Shown here piece after piece: positions 33,988-45,923 of a stretch of 64,000 nucleotides of DNA; position 1 is the stretch's first letter; the number at the start of each line of letters is the position of its first letter. Both the position numbers and the translations under genes were made by a program. The stretch covers positions 20,646,001 through 20,710,000 of the forward strand of contig CM097885.1 in the NCBI GenBank assembly GCA_044892525.1. The letters run 5' to 3'. The DNA comes from Schmidtea polychroa (taxonomy: Eukaryota). The notes beneath the pieces were generated by a model. The model had not been told where the DNA came from. It searched no databases and saw only the letters and a list, made by a program, of their open reading frames with translations.

Positions 33988-35257
33988 AGTAGAGAGAAGT
34001 GTGCTCCATGACTCATCGTTTTTTGTCATTTTTTTGCACACCCCCCCGATGACTCAGCGCAAAACAAAGACATATGACTCATCGATGACTCATCCATAGC
34101 AACAGCGGTAACTGGGTCAAGGTTATATGACTCATCCATAGCAACTGGGTCAAGGTCACATGACTCATCCATAACAACCGCGGTAACTAGGTCAAGGTCA
34201 TTCTATTTTTAGTAACTAGGCCAAGGTCATTCTATTTTTAGTAACAATGTCACGTGACGTCATCGATGACTCATCAAGGTCATTCTATTTTTAGTAACTA
34301 GGTCATGTGACGGCATCGATGACTCGTCAAGGTCATTCTATTTTTAGTAACAAGGTCATATGACTCATCATTTTTGGAACAAAGCCAACTGACTCATTAT
34401 TAAAGTATGTATGACTCATCATTTTTTAAACAAAGACATATTTAATATTTAAATAAATACATTTAAACAAATATTTAAATAAATACATTTAAACAAATAT
34501 TTAAATAAATACATTTAAACAAAAATTTAAATAAATACATTTAAACAAATATTTAAATAAATACATTTAAACAAATATTTAAACAAAGACATTTAATCAA
34601 ATATTTAAGTACATTTAAACAAAGACATATAGACAAAGACTCATCGATGACTCATAGTTTAGATAGGGGGTTTCTTTTTTTTTGCATACTCCCCCCCCTT
34701 GTATGACTCATCGATGACTTTTTTGAACAAAGACCAATCATTTATTTTTAAAAGAAAGACTCATCACACGACTCTAATTTTTAGAAGACTTCTTTTTTGG
34801 TAAACCAAAATTTATTGNNNNNNNNNNNNNNNNNNNNNNNNNNNNNNNNNNNNNNNNNNNNNNNNNNNNNNNNNNNNNNNNNNNNNNNNNNNNNNNNNNN
34901 NNNNNNNNNNNNNNNNNNNNNNNNNNNNNNNNNNNNNNNNNNNNNNNNNAAAAAGTTTGTTTTCATAAAATTTATTTCATAAATCATATAATTTGTTTTC
35001 ATAAAAACTGGTTTCATAAAAAAAAAAAAATAAAAATTAATCATAAAAAAATTTCATTATAAAAAAATTTAAATCATAAAAAAATAATAATTACCTCATT
35101 TGAAAAGATGTACAAAGTATCGATAACATCTAACCAATCAGAATTGGATATTATCGATGCTTTGTTTTCTGAATATGACTCATCGATGATTCATTGTTAC
35201 TAACTGAGTAATTTCTACTCACATAAAGACATGCAATACAAGTGCAATACAAGTGCA
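33988..35257 (+). repeat. Left terminal inverted repeat (>=1.27 kb; inner end lost in an N gap)
   Basis: Reverse complement of 49528-50659 apart from sub-repeat copy number. Confidence 0.95.
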
Positions 35258-35560
35258 NNNNNNNNNNNNNNNNNNNNNNNNNNNNNNNNNNNNNNNNNNN
35301 NNNNNNNNNNNNNNNNNNNNNNNNNNNNNNNNNNNNNNNNNNNNNNNNNNNNNNNNNNNNNNNNNNNNNNNNNNNNNNNNNNNNNNNNNNNNNNNNNNNN
35401 AATCAACAAAATATATTTAAATTACAAATTTACAATTTTACATTGTCATTTTTACAAATGTCTGTTGCATTGATTGTTTCTTACAATCTTGGCTTCATTG
35501 ACAACTATTAATAATAAAAAATAATAATTATAATAATAATTATTATTATTACCGAAATGA

Positions 35561-38500
35561 TCAGTAATCTTCTCCGTCAAAATTGTCGTCATCATCATAT
35601 ATAAAAGTGTCCCCTATCCGATAATGCCCATATGCCAAACTCTTGTTTTTCAATTTCCAATACCGCTTGTCATCTCTATTTGTCAGCGCCTTCTTAATGT
35701 TTTTTATGCTGTACAATTGATGATTTTTGGATGCAATGCGGAATTGTGGCACAGAGTAAACCTTATTGTTAAAATAACAATCACGATAGGAATTGTGATC
35801 TAAGCCAGTATCTTTCAACGTGACAGATTTTGCTTTAAGAGTTTCTTTATCACCTAATAAGCTGTAACACTTGGGACGAAGAAACACCCACTCCTTATAT
35901 CTCAATCCTTTATTCTCGTCTTTGAATTTTCCAATGACGGAATCTAGTGCTCTACTATATAAAGGATGTTGTGGGTTATAATTAGATGTGTCAAGCAAGG
36001 AGTCACGAATCATGGCAGGTAAGAGAATTTCAAGACTACAATTTTTAATTTCCAAAAAGAAAGAGTCTGTATCACTAGCTACTATATTAATTTCACAGTT
36101 AATCTCATCGCGATATTTTTGCAATTCATTATACTGCAACTGATACATTCTCAGTTTAGAAAGATCAAGTACAGTTTGCCCGATGTAGCTGGGCCTATCT
36201 AAACATACAGACTCTTTCATAAGCAAAACCGAAATCAAATCATCGTCTATCCTAGTAGATTTCTTAAATGCCGGTTTTGAGGCATATGTGATAAGTTTTT
36301 GTGCGGAATTGCACAGTCGTAAGTTAATACGTTTTTTCAAGTTCTCAACAGTTTTTCCATACAAACTGTTATTGAGCAACTTGTAATAGTCTTTATCGAG
36401 CGGTGTTATGGATGCGGCTCGTAGTTGTGTGTTGGTATCTATGTATTTCTTGAAGACAGTGCTTTGTGTATACCTAATAGCCCTATGTACCTTGGTAACA
36501 ACAACACCTAACTGAAGAAAGATTTGGAGAAGTCGCCAATGTAAAACATAGTGTGTTTTCGGATCGTGTGTAAGTAGCAACTTCTCCACTTTAGAAAAAG
36601 GTGGGCACATCTTACCAGGAGCTACCGGAAAATCATCTAGTTTGTCATGGATAGATTTCGGTATTTTTAAATCTACTTCTATAGTATAGCCATAATCAAG
36701 TTGATTTAAATCTTCCGTTGTGCACTCAATTAATAATCTCTCTAAAGCAATGTCATCAGTCACCCATTCAAAACCACCGTCGGGAAGCTTTTGTGATAAA
36801 GCCCATCCATACAGGTTGTTGATGTCAATATACAACAACTCTGTATTTTCATCACTACTAACAAAATGTTTATTCACAAACGTTATCCCACCTCTAATCC
36901 CACCTTCAAAGAAATTATACATTTCCATGTCGGTGAGAAGCTCAATCGGTTTATCAAGACTTAACAAAGTAGAACTCCAAGAAAGACTGGGGATACCTAG
37001 GAAATTCAAAGGCTCAAGCCTATTATGAGCAATACTCTTAGCTCGGAATTGCTGAAAAAAGTCAGCCAACAGAAATACATCTAATTTCAAATAGACCATC
37101 ATATAATCCAAAAGGGAATTACATGATGTCTCTTGCCAGATTAGTTTTGCTTTATTGTATTCATCATCGGATACATCACTCCATTTAGGGGGCAATTCTA
37201 ATGTAGAAATTAATACATCAAGGGAAGTTGCTACATCATAAGGGAAAATCCCTTTACTCTTAATAATAGGCCCTCTAAACTCAGATTCTGTCAAAGGTAA
37301 TGTGTTAAGGGTTGAGACAGCATTTTTCAAAGACGAATTTACAAACTGACAAGAATCTATAAATTTCACAGTCAGGGAATCAATATGCACAAAAAGAGAT
37401 AAAAATTTTTCACTTGTCACCGGTATACAAGAAATATGCCAGGACTTATATTTAGCCAAGCCAAATTTGAGGATATGATGGAGATCATACCCTCTCAAAT
37501 TATGAAAGACTACAGGTAGTGTGTGGTATATTTTCCTGGAAAGATTACAAGTGTTGCAAGCAGCACCAAGGAATTGACCGGTAAAGTGATCATGATCCCT
37601 GACTGGTTTAACTAATAATTTTTTACACAAATGACAGTTTGTGCTGTTATTAAAATTAATTTGGTCATTTTCTGTGAATATCATTTTCTTATTTTTATTT
37701 TTATAATAATAGGGAGTTACAATCTTTTTAGCGATATCATTAATTTCTTTTAAAAATTCGTCTATACAAGAAAGGCCTATGAATGATTTATAAAATTTTG
37801 CGCCTGTATTATTATTTATACATAAAAGTCCAGCCGAAATGGGTAAATGTTTCTGATAATATTTAGAATCTTTAGGAAGGATTGCCTCAAAATCGGCATA
37901 AATAACAAAAGGAGGAGTAATCATTTTACTATAGTCTGTGAATTCTAATAATGGATCTTTTGGTAGTGTGTACATTGTGGTTCCTAATTGGTTTCGTTCA
38001 CAAAGACCTTGATGTTTAATAAAACTATCTTCAAATCTGAATCCATTCAGACATCTAGGACACCACTTACAGTAAATACGAACAGAACTTATTGATGAAT
38101 TTCGGCAATTAAGAAAGATGTTTAAATCAGATATAGCGACGTAATGGTAGGTTTTCCGATTCTGTAATAATAACAAATTTAGACAAGTACCTCCTACTAT
38201 TTTACTGCGATAAATTATATCTATAAAAGGATGTTTCATGATGGGACCCGAAATTAACCCAGTTTCGTCATAACTTAAAACATTAATTGAATAACCTGGG
38301 TTTTGTCGTTCAAATTTTGAGATATTTGATAATTTCATTGGCATATCTGCCGGGTTATATATCAGATCTGAAAGGTTATAAGAACTAGGCAGATGACGCA
38401 ATTCATCAGGAGTACTATCATATTTTATAAGAGCCAAAACCGAGTAAAGGAAACAAAATTCGTCATCATTATTTACATTTATTATACATTTTTTCCTGAT

Positions 38501-39388
38501 TAATGTTTTCGGGGTTTCAATATATTTACGACCACTCAACCTACTAATCTTTGAATATTTTGTCACAATAAAACTAATGTATTCTATTTTGTTAATGGTT
38601 CAATTACTTCCCTTTTCATTTATTTTACTAATTTTTTCATTTAAAAGAGAGATACCATCATCAATAAATGTGTCGCTCCATACACGAGCAGAGTTTGAGA
38701 TTATGAAAGACTGAAATTCATCATTTTTCTCAAACTCTACTTTAATACAAAATTGAATTTTTACTGATTTCATTTTATTTACAATTTCTAACAATTTTTC
38801 TATGAGAACGTCAGGAACAGAAAGAATTTTACAATTCAAGGAAGATATATCCAACTTAACTATTACATGGGAACTATTCAGGTCGGAAACTACGTCGACT
38901 ATACCACTACCTACTTGGGGTACAACATCACTATTTTCAAATTCACTATTTTCAAATTCACTATTTTCAAATTCACTATTTATAACTTCACTATTTATAA
39001 CTTCACTATTTACAACTTCACTATTTACAACTTCATTACTTACAACATCATCGTCGTCTTCACTAATGACTATTATTTCTTTCATCTTTTTTGTGGGAAT
39101 TTCTGTGGGAATTTCTAAATGTCTTTTATTACCTATTATTCCTATTAATCTATTGACTGTTTCCATTAATTGTCGATTTTGTAAGTTTTCGGTGTTCCTA
39201 TTATTAGTTGATGATATATATTTTTGATACGCAATTTTGAAAACTGATTTTTTAGAAGGCATATATTGGGTTAAATGATTACGATGTTTATCATAAAATT
39301 CGGTATATGTCGATGTTTCAAGAGTTTGGCATGTAGGACATAACAAGTATGTTTCACTTTTATATTCATGACCATAATATTTTTCCAT
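35561..39388 (-). CDS. Protein-primed family B DNA polymerase (pPolB), ~1275 codons, one in-frame TGA at 38600-38602
   Basis: FADFE-like exo I (IYADFE); RDHDHFTGQFLGAACNTCN; VFHNLRGYD; YIDINNLYG; KLLNNSLYGK; SDTDS. ORFs 38600-39388 and 35561-38566 are in frame (GSN*TINKIEY). Confidence 0.95.
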
Positions 39389-40405
39389 AATATCGTCACA
39401 GTCATGATGTGTAGCACTGTTACAAAAGGTTGGATATTTATAACCTATAAAATAAGTAAAATAGTATTATTATCAAAATTATTATTATTATTATTATCAA
39501 AATTATTATTATTTATTATTACTATATAATCTGAGTTTATACGACAAAATATTCTGTCCCTCCCTTGCTCATAAGTGTATTATATTTAAATTTATTTTAA
39601 TTAAATAAAAACATATTCATTTTCTTTATAAAAATTAATTTCATTATTTGTTTCATAACAAAATTGACTTCATACATTTTCTTTATAACAAAATTGACTT
39701 CATATTAATTTAAAAAATCATAATAATTTAAAGTAAATTAATTTAAAAATCATAATAATTTAAAGCATATTAATTTTAAAATTTTAAAAAACCTACATTT
39801 AGGTTTCTTGCACGCGAGATTGTGTACAGCATTATTTACTAAAAAATCATAATAATAATAATAATTTAAAAATTAAATTTACCATAATTTCCGGAAACAT
39901 TATTTTCAATTCCATTACTTGCTGAAAAATTATAAGTTCCCGAAACACTATTTTCATTAATGTAGACTAAAATATAAATAAAAATAAAAACATATTAAAA
40001 AAAAAATTACCCATACGATTTCTTCGAATCATTTCCTTGATTTCATTTGAAATATTTTGCATTTTGAATAAATGAAAAAGAATTACAAAAACATAGATTA
40101 TATATGTAACGTTTATCCAATCAAAATGCAGATAGGATAGAAAAAATTAACGCACACATATTCATGTCTTTGTTTAAAAAAGAATGAGTCATCGATGACT
40201 CACATAGTAACAAATAATGTCTTTGTTACTCAAATAAAGACATGCAATACAAGTGCATGAAATTNNNNNNNNNNNNNNNNNNNNNNNNNNNNNNNNNNNN
40301 NNNNNNNNNNNNNNNNNNNNNNNNNNNNNNNNNNNNNNNNNNNNNNNNNNNNNNNNNNNNNNNNNNNNNNNNNNNNNNNNNNNNNNNNNNNNNNNNNNNN
40401 NNTTA

Positions 40406-40790
40406 TTAAACAAAATTATACATTGATAACAACCATGCAAGGCAATGTTGGCCACAAGTAATTGAAAATGGATTTTGATACCGAGTTCGATTATATACAA
40501 TAGGTTTACCAATAGTTTGCAATTTACTAATTAATAAATTTGGGTAATAATATCCAAAGGGATCGAATGCATATACTCGGTTTGGTTTCACATATACAGC
40601 AATCCAATGTTCACCTCCTAAACTAGATGTATGAGTATTGACGATTATGGCTTGATTATTTCTCAAATATGGAATTTTATCCAGTGGATAAACTCCAAGA
40701 AATTCGTTTCCCAATAATTGAGTACCAATTCGAGACACCTGAATAGAACTAATCAATAAGTTAAATTATAAAATAAAAATCTTACTCCAT
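40406..40790 (-). CDS. Adenain-like cysteine protease; probable exon 1 at 40786-40790 and a 37-nt intron at 40749-40785
   Basis: IVNTH..GGEHWIAV, FDPFG, and Q..SITCGQHC (His-Asp-Cys). Splicing GTAAG..TTAG gives the start MDSIQVSRIG. Confidence 0.88.
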
Positions 40791-40820
40791 AAAAAACTTT
40801 AATCTTTTAAATTTCTTCAT

Positions 40821-42047
40821 TTATACTAGTACAGTTCGATTTGCAGTAATTTGGATTTCATTTTCAAAAACCCCATAGATTATTACATGGACTGGTTCAG
40901 TAGTTGCTTTACCGAACTTAATATCCAATCTCAAATTGCCACTTTGAGGTAATTGACTTTGATTTAAATCAAAATCTGGAGCCAGAACAAATGTGAAAAA
41001 TGGATAGAATGTTTTGAATTCTTCCAGACTTATACCACAATTAAGATTTTTATCCAAATATCCTAAATTTCTGACAAGACTTTGTATATATGAAGTACAA
41101 TAATTATCATTATCAAAATCTTGAGTATAAGTTTCTCGATAATCAGTATTTTTCGATAATGAAAGAGAAGTTACACTAAAGTGTTTGAATTTTGATGAAG
41201 ATGTATCATAAGATCCGTTATATTGAGCTTCACTTTGAAAAGTTACAAGGATAAAATTAGGCATTCTTCGATCTCCAAATATTTGCTCCTTGTAAAAAGA
41301 TGATGCTCCTTTAGCAATTGCAAATGATACAATTTCTTTTGTTTTTATCGGATAAATTGCATGTTTGGTATTTAATCCAATTTGATGTCCCGCTAATACA
41401 AACGATTCACATCGAACTCTTCGAACCATTAATTTGGCATCGAGTAATATTAATTTAGGTGCTGCACCTGCAACTCCAGTTGATAATGACAATGCAGAAT
41501 CAGATCTTTTCAATCTCATATGTACATTAACACCTGGTAGTAAATATTTGGGTTGATCCATAAAATCCAATTGTAGAGATGAACACATGTTGAAAGTTTT
41601 TGAGCCTTTAATCCACTTTTTTCGATCATCAGATACACAATATCCCATTGGAGTTAGACAAGTATCTTTAGTATCATTATTATAATTTAAAATAGTTTCG
41701 ATAATTGCCTTGTGAGCATATGTATTGTTTCCACCCTCAATTTTAATGTTATTAAATCCAAGAATAACATCTTTAAAGAGAGTATGAAACAAGAAATTAT
41801 TAGGTTCAGTTGTATCATCTGCAGCTAATGCTTTATTGTCTTTATCTACAACTTTTATTTGAACATACAACAAAGTATCGTTCAAATCTAAATATTCTGT
41901 TTGAGAACCATTAATGTAAAATTCCACATCATTTCTACTATCGGTAATAGAATTCATTGGAAATACATCTTCAAATCCTCCATATTCGATAACCGCCTGA
42001 GGCGATGGTCGATCAAATAGACATAATTCAGATTTACCGCAAATCAT
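40821..42047 (-). CDS. Major capsid protein (Polinton PY, double jelly-roll)
   Basis: KSELCLFDRP..VEFYING..YLDLNDTLLY N-terminus; 408 aa; conserved position next to the protease. Confidence 0.85.
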   Translation of the reverse strand: MICGKSELCLFDRPSPQAVIEYGGFEDVFPMNSITDSRNDVEFYINGSQTEYLDLNDTLLYVQIKVVDKDNKALAADDTTEPNNFLFHTLFKDVILGFNNIKIEGGNNTYAHKAIIETILNYNNDTKDTCLTPMGYCVSDDRKKWIKGSKTFNMCSSLQLDFMDQPKYLLPGVNVHMRLKRSDSALSLSTGVAGAAPKLILLDAKLMVRRVRCESFVLAGHQIGLNTKHAIYPIKTKEIVSFAIAKGASSFYKEQIFGDRRMPNFILVTFQSEAQYNGSYDTSSSKFKHFSVTSLSLSKNTDYRETYTQDFDNDNYCTSYIQSLVRNLGYLDKNLNCGISLEEFKTFYPFFTFVLAPDFDLNQSQLPQSGNLRLDIKFGKATTEPVHVIIYGVFENEIQITANRTVLV

Positions 42048-42433
42048 TCTTCAAATATGGTTCCGTGTCCTTTCATTCGTTTGTTTATATGCCTTCTCCC
42101 TCTCTTGCGTTTAGTTCCCATACTTGTTTTAATTTCACTTTCAAATTTACGTTTTACTGGTACCAGTGCTGGTTCAGTTTTAAACATACCAGGTATTACT
42201 TTACTTATTTCAGCAATTGCATTTGATTTCAACGATGGTAATATTTTCTTGTCATTCATAATTACATCTTTTGCAGTTTTCATACCGAAATTACCAATAC
42301 GTTTAAGAATTGGTAACGCAAATCTACCAATTGTTCTCAACCACCCACTTCCGTACTGTTTACCAACAAAATATGGTAATTCGCCACCACTTTGGCTACC
42401 ACTATACATACTAATAATATCAGAATTAGCCAT
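42044..42433 (-). CDS. Small conserved Polinton basic virion-core-type protein (QxGxG motif)
   Basis: QSGGELPYFVGKQYGSGWLRTIGRFALPILK; K/R-rich tail; overlaps its neighbours. Confidence 0.7.
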   Translation of the reverse strand: MANSDIISMYSGSQSGGELPYFVGKQYGSGWLRTIGRFALPILKRIGNFGMKTAKDVIMNDKKILPSLKSNAIAEISKVIPGMFKTEPALVPVKRKFESEIKTSMGTKRKRGRRHINKRMKGHGTIFEE

Positions 42434-43472
42434 CTACTTTACGAAAATGTAGTGTCAAATGAGTTTTTGAATCTTTTGCAAATTCGATTAATTGACCAGA
42501 ATCATCTCTTATATTTATTTCTATATTGTTTATACAGGATGTTGAAACAGGCAAATACATGGGATTTTCTACATTGATTTGTACAACATCATCTTGTTCA
42601 TGTTTCTCAACCCAAATAGATTTCAATAGAGGAACCAAAGAATCACCAACAATTATGGGTTCAATAATATTAGTATAGAGAAACATTTGATGATGAAGTT
42701 TAATTATTTTCGGTTTATTCATACCTACATTTAATTTTCCATCTTGAATATATGTTCCTTTTGATAATCCTAATGTTTTTATTAGATTTTTATCAAAAGT
42801 AATTTCAGTAATATCAGTATTCAAACTGAATTTGAACAAAGTATTGTCTACTAATTCCAATGATTTAAATATTGATCCACAATTCTGAATTAAATATGAT
42901 TGTAATTCCTCCAATTTAGAAATGTATAAATTCTCATTAAACGTATATGTATTTTCAGTTTCACCCTCAAACTCAACTTTCATTGAAATTGTCTCATATC
43001 GCGCTGCTACTTTGGTAAATCTCGGCCGTAGTACTTGGAATATATTAGTATGATTTCTATTACTCTGACTTGTTAATTCCAATCGTTTTGCCATTGCTAA
43101 ACTATCAAATTTTATAGTAAAGGGATGATATTTACATTCAACTATTAAATATTGACGATCAATATACATTTTGACAATTGAATCGGAAGGACCAATATCA
43201 ATTCGATCTTCTACATTATCAATGACAAAAGAGATATTTCTTTGCGTCTCTTTCTTTTTATATTCAATTTTAGCTTTACTATAAATTGGAAAGAGATTGT
43301 ACACAAATGTAAAGTCAAGGAGAGCAACTTCCCAATTACCATTTAAATAAATCGGATTTTGGAGATTGACCATAAATTTACTGGCAGTGTTTTCTGGATG
43401 TATATTCGGACAACTATTACTTGGCAAAATAATGTAAAAATTCATTTTACGAGGTCTCGAGACGATATCCAT
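42426..43472 (-). CDS. Minor capsid/penton protein (Polinton PX)
   Basis: FYIILPSNS..PENTASKF..WEVAL at the N-end; LYTNIIEP..VGDSLVPLL..NPMYLPV..IEINIRDDSG..LTLHFRK at the C-end. Confidence 0.85.
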   Translation of the reverse strand: MDIVSRPRKMNFYIILPSNSCPNIHPENTASKFMVNLQNPIYLNGNWEVALLDFTFVYNLFPIYSKAKIEYKKKETQRNISFVIDNVEDRIDIGPSDSIVKMYIDRQYLIVECKYHPFTIKFDSLAMAKRLELTSQSNRNHTNIFQVLRPRFTKVAARYETISMKVEFEGETENTYTFNENLYISKLEELQSYLIQNCGSIFKSLELVDNTLFKFSLNTDITEITFDKNLIKTLGLSKGTYIQDGKLNVGMNKPKIIKLHHQMFLYTNIIEPIIVGDSLVPLLKSIWVEKHEQDDVVQINVENPMYLPVSTSCINNIEINIRDDSGQLIEFAKDSKTHLTLHFRKVDG

Positions 43473-44623
43473 GATGGGTTTTTATATCCATGCCATTTGA
43501 CATAGTATTGTTTATCCTTACCCACCATTTTAGTTTTCAATATTTTTTGAATTCTAAATACTTTTGGGGGAGGAATGACTTGTAATTCTTGCTCATAAAA
43601 TTTCCCTTGTACAATGTTATTTTCAGAATCTCTGATGACATACATCACAGGGTTCTGGCTAGTATTTATTTTCGAAATTACAAAGACTTCATCACTCCAA
43701 TTTGTATCGAAATTTTTAATAAATGGTGATGCACTAATTTTACTAATTCTAACATGGTCACCAACTTTATATTTCGGTTTTGTAATTTTTTCAGATTTTT
43801 TAGAATAGAATGTTTTTGATGTGATATCAACCGGTCTCAATCCATTAAGTCCTCGATGTGACTAGTTATAACTGGTTATAATTTTTGGTAAAACCAATAC
43901 CCATTTTTTATTACCTTGATACACGAACAATTTCTTTAATCTATCTCTCAAGGTTCTGTTAAATCTTTCAACATGAGCAGCTTTGTATTGAGAATGTACC
44001 GAGTAGTGATTTATTTTCAGTTTATCGAGGATTTGCTTAACTTTACTGTTNNNNNNNNNNNNNNNNNNNNNNNNNNNNNNNNNNNNNNNNNNNNNNNNNN
44101 NNNNNNNNNNNNNNNNNNNNNNNNNNNNNNNNNNNNNNNNNNNNNNNNNNNNNNNNNNNNNNNNNNNNNNNNNNNNNNNNNNNNNNNNNNNNNNNNNNNN
44201 NNNNNNNNNNNNNNNNNNNNNNNNNNNNNNNNNNNNNNNNNNNNNNNNNNNNNTATTAGGATGTCCATTTTTAAATAAAATATTAATAGCTTTGGACATT
44301 TCATCTGCAGATTTTGACTTGACTGGTATTGCTCGTGCAAACCTGCTGTATACATTAATACACGTTAAAATATATTTATACCCCTTGTTAATTTTTGAAT
44401 AGGGTATCATCTCCATCAAATCCATTTGCCACAAATCATTTATTCCATATGTTTTATACGCTCTTGTTGGAAATCTTTTCTGCATTGGTTTGTTCAAACT
44501 GTACGCTAGTTGATTTGATAACCACTTCTGGGTTTCTTTTTTCGAATTCGGAACTCTTTTCATTAATTTTGCCACTCCACCGAAACCGGCTTCGTCTTCT
44601 GGGTTCGTCCAAATCTTCTCCAT
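43442..44623 (-). CDS. Retroviral-type (RVE) integrase with C-terminal chromodomain; one in-frame TAG at 43862-43864; part hidden by an N gap
   Basis: LWQMDLMEM, KAAHVERFNRTL, YKVGDHVRISK and YYVKWHGY; the two ORFs are in frame. Confidence 0.92.
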
Positions 44624-44678
44624 TACAACAGGAAGATTTAAAATTCAAATTAAGATTTGGTAATGATTGACCCATTGT

Positions 44679-45170
44679 TTATGATGATGATTTTAATAAA
44701 CCTGCCCCTCCCAATAAAGATAATGCTATTGGTATCAAGGCTGCAATGAAGCCTCCTTGTTGTTTATATATGATTTTACGCATACGTTTTTTATTTCTAG
44801 TATTTACTAATGATAATAATGGTTTCTTGTGTCTGTTCAAAATCTTTTTATTTGATGTACTTATACGGAATTTACCTTTAACAACTTTAATTAAAATAGC
44901 AAGTAAATCATCAATAACATAATTTGGAAAAGACTGTAAAATATTCATTCTTCTCATACTGGGAGCCTTAAGTAATGCAATGAAAAACGGAAAACTACGA
45001 TGAGAATTACTCGGCGGAATATGATTACTCGGTGGAATACGATTACTCGGCGGAATATTATCAATAAGCAATTTTTTTGATGGTGTGAAACTAGTTTTTG
45101 GTGGAATCTTAACCACTTTTGCAGGTTTCCTTCTTGTAGGTTTTGTCTTTACACGAGTTTTTAGTAACAT
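44679..45170 (-). CDS. Basic protein ending in a GGFIAALIPIALSLLGG amphipathic segment (resembles adenovirus pX-type/Polinton core proteins)
   Basis: K/R-rich body with IPPSN repeats; C-terminal QQGGFIAALIPIALSLLGGAG after a protease-like GG site. Confidence 0.7.
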   Translation of the reverse strand: MLLKTRVKTKPTRRKPAKVVKIPPKTSFTPSKKLLIDNIPPSNRIPPSNHIPPSNSHRSFPFFIALLKAPSMRRMNILQSFPNYVIDDLLAILIKVVKGKFRISTSNKKILNRHKKPLLSLVNTRNKKRMRKIIYKQQGGFIAALIPIALSLLGGAGLLKSSS

Positions 45171-45191
45171 GATTGATAATTTATTTTGGTT

Positions 45192-45815
45192 TTATCTTTG
45201 TTTATATACTATAGCTCCTTCCTTGTTAAATATATCTGTTCTTACTCGTAATTCATCAGGACACTGTTGTGTAAAATCTAGAAAAATATATCCATGTGGG
45301 GATTTTGTTGCATCGACAAATGCATTCATTAAGAAATTTCGATTATTTGGATATGCTTGCCTTGCAAGAAAGTCAATCACTGTAGCATCTCTCGGATTTT
45401 TGAAAACAACTAAATATTGAACATTCAAATTACGAGTTCGGTGAGATCCACCTTGATGAAAAAGATTTTGAGTGATAAAAATTACAGTGACACCTTTATG
45501 TCTACTAATTTTTGTAAACAAATTATTAAAATCCTTTTCTTTATTTGCTTCTTGATATAAATCATCAATAATAATCACATCACCCTGTCGTAATCTAGAT
45601 GACCAGTTTTTATCGAACCCTTTTATGATTGTCATTTTGATTTTACAAAACTGATCTTGTGTCATTCCGCTTTCATCATCAGCTCCCCTATGCCAATAAA
45701 TTTTATTAAATTTTGACTTGAATAATTTTGATTGTAATAATTTACAAACAAACAATGTTTTCCCGCTACCACTCGGGCCAACGATTTGGTATACTGCATC
45801 ATTTCTTAATTGCAT
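45192..45815 (-). CDS. A32/FtsK-type genome packaging ATPase
   Basis: Walker A GPSGSGKT; Walker B IIIDD; ISRH; FITQN. Confidence 0.93.
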   Translation of the reverse strand: MQLRNDAVYQIVGPSGSGKTLFVCKLLQSKLFKSKFNKIYWHRGADDESGMTQDQFCKIKMTIIKGFDKNWSSRLRQGDVIIIDDLYQEANKEKDFNNLFTKISRHKGVTVIFITQNLFHQGGSHRTRNLNVQYLVVFKNPRDATVIDFLARQAYPNNRNFLMNAFVDATKSPHGYIFLDFTQQCPDELRVRTDIFNKEGAIVYKQR

Positions 45816-45923
45816 TTTTTATTTTTAATTTTAAAATATCTAGTTATTGTTTATATTAGATGATTTTAATGAACTCTTGCTAAAGTTGTATATAAAGAGT
45901 AAAATTTCATAAATGATTTAATT

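Noticed and set aside
34000-34760. Regularly spaced palindromic repeats superficially like a CRISPR array
   Set aside because: Eukaryotic context, irregular spacing, non-unique spacers and no cas genes; these are TIR sub-repeats.
34781-35511. ORFs containing long X runs (also at 40189, 43973, 49769 and 51159-51634)
   Set aside because: Artefacts of N gaps.
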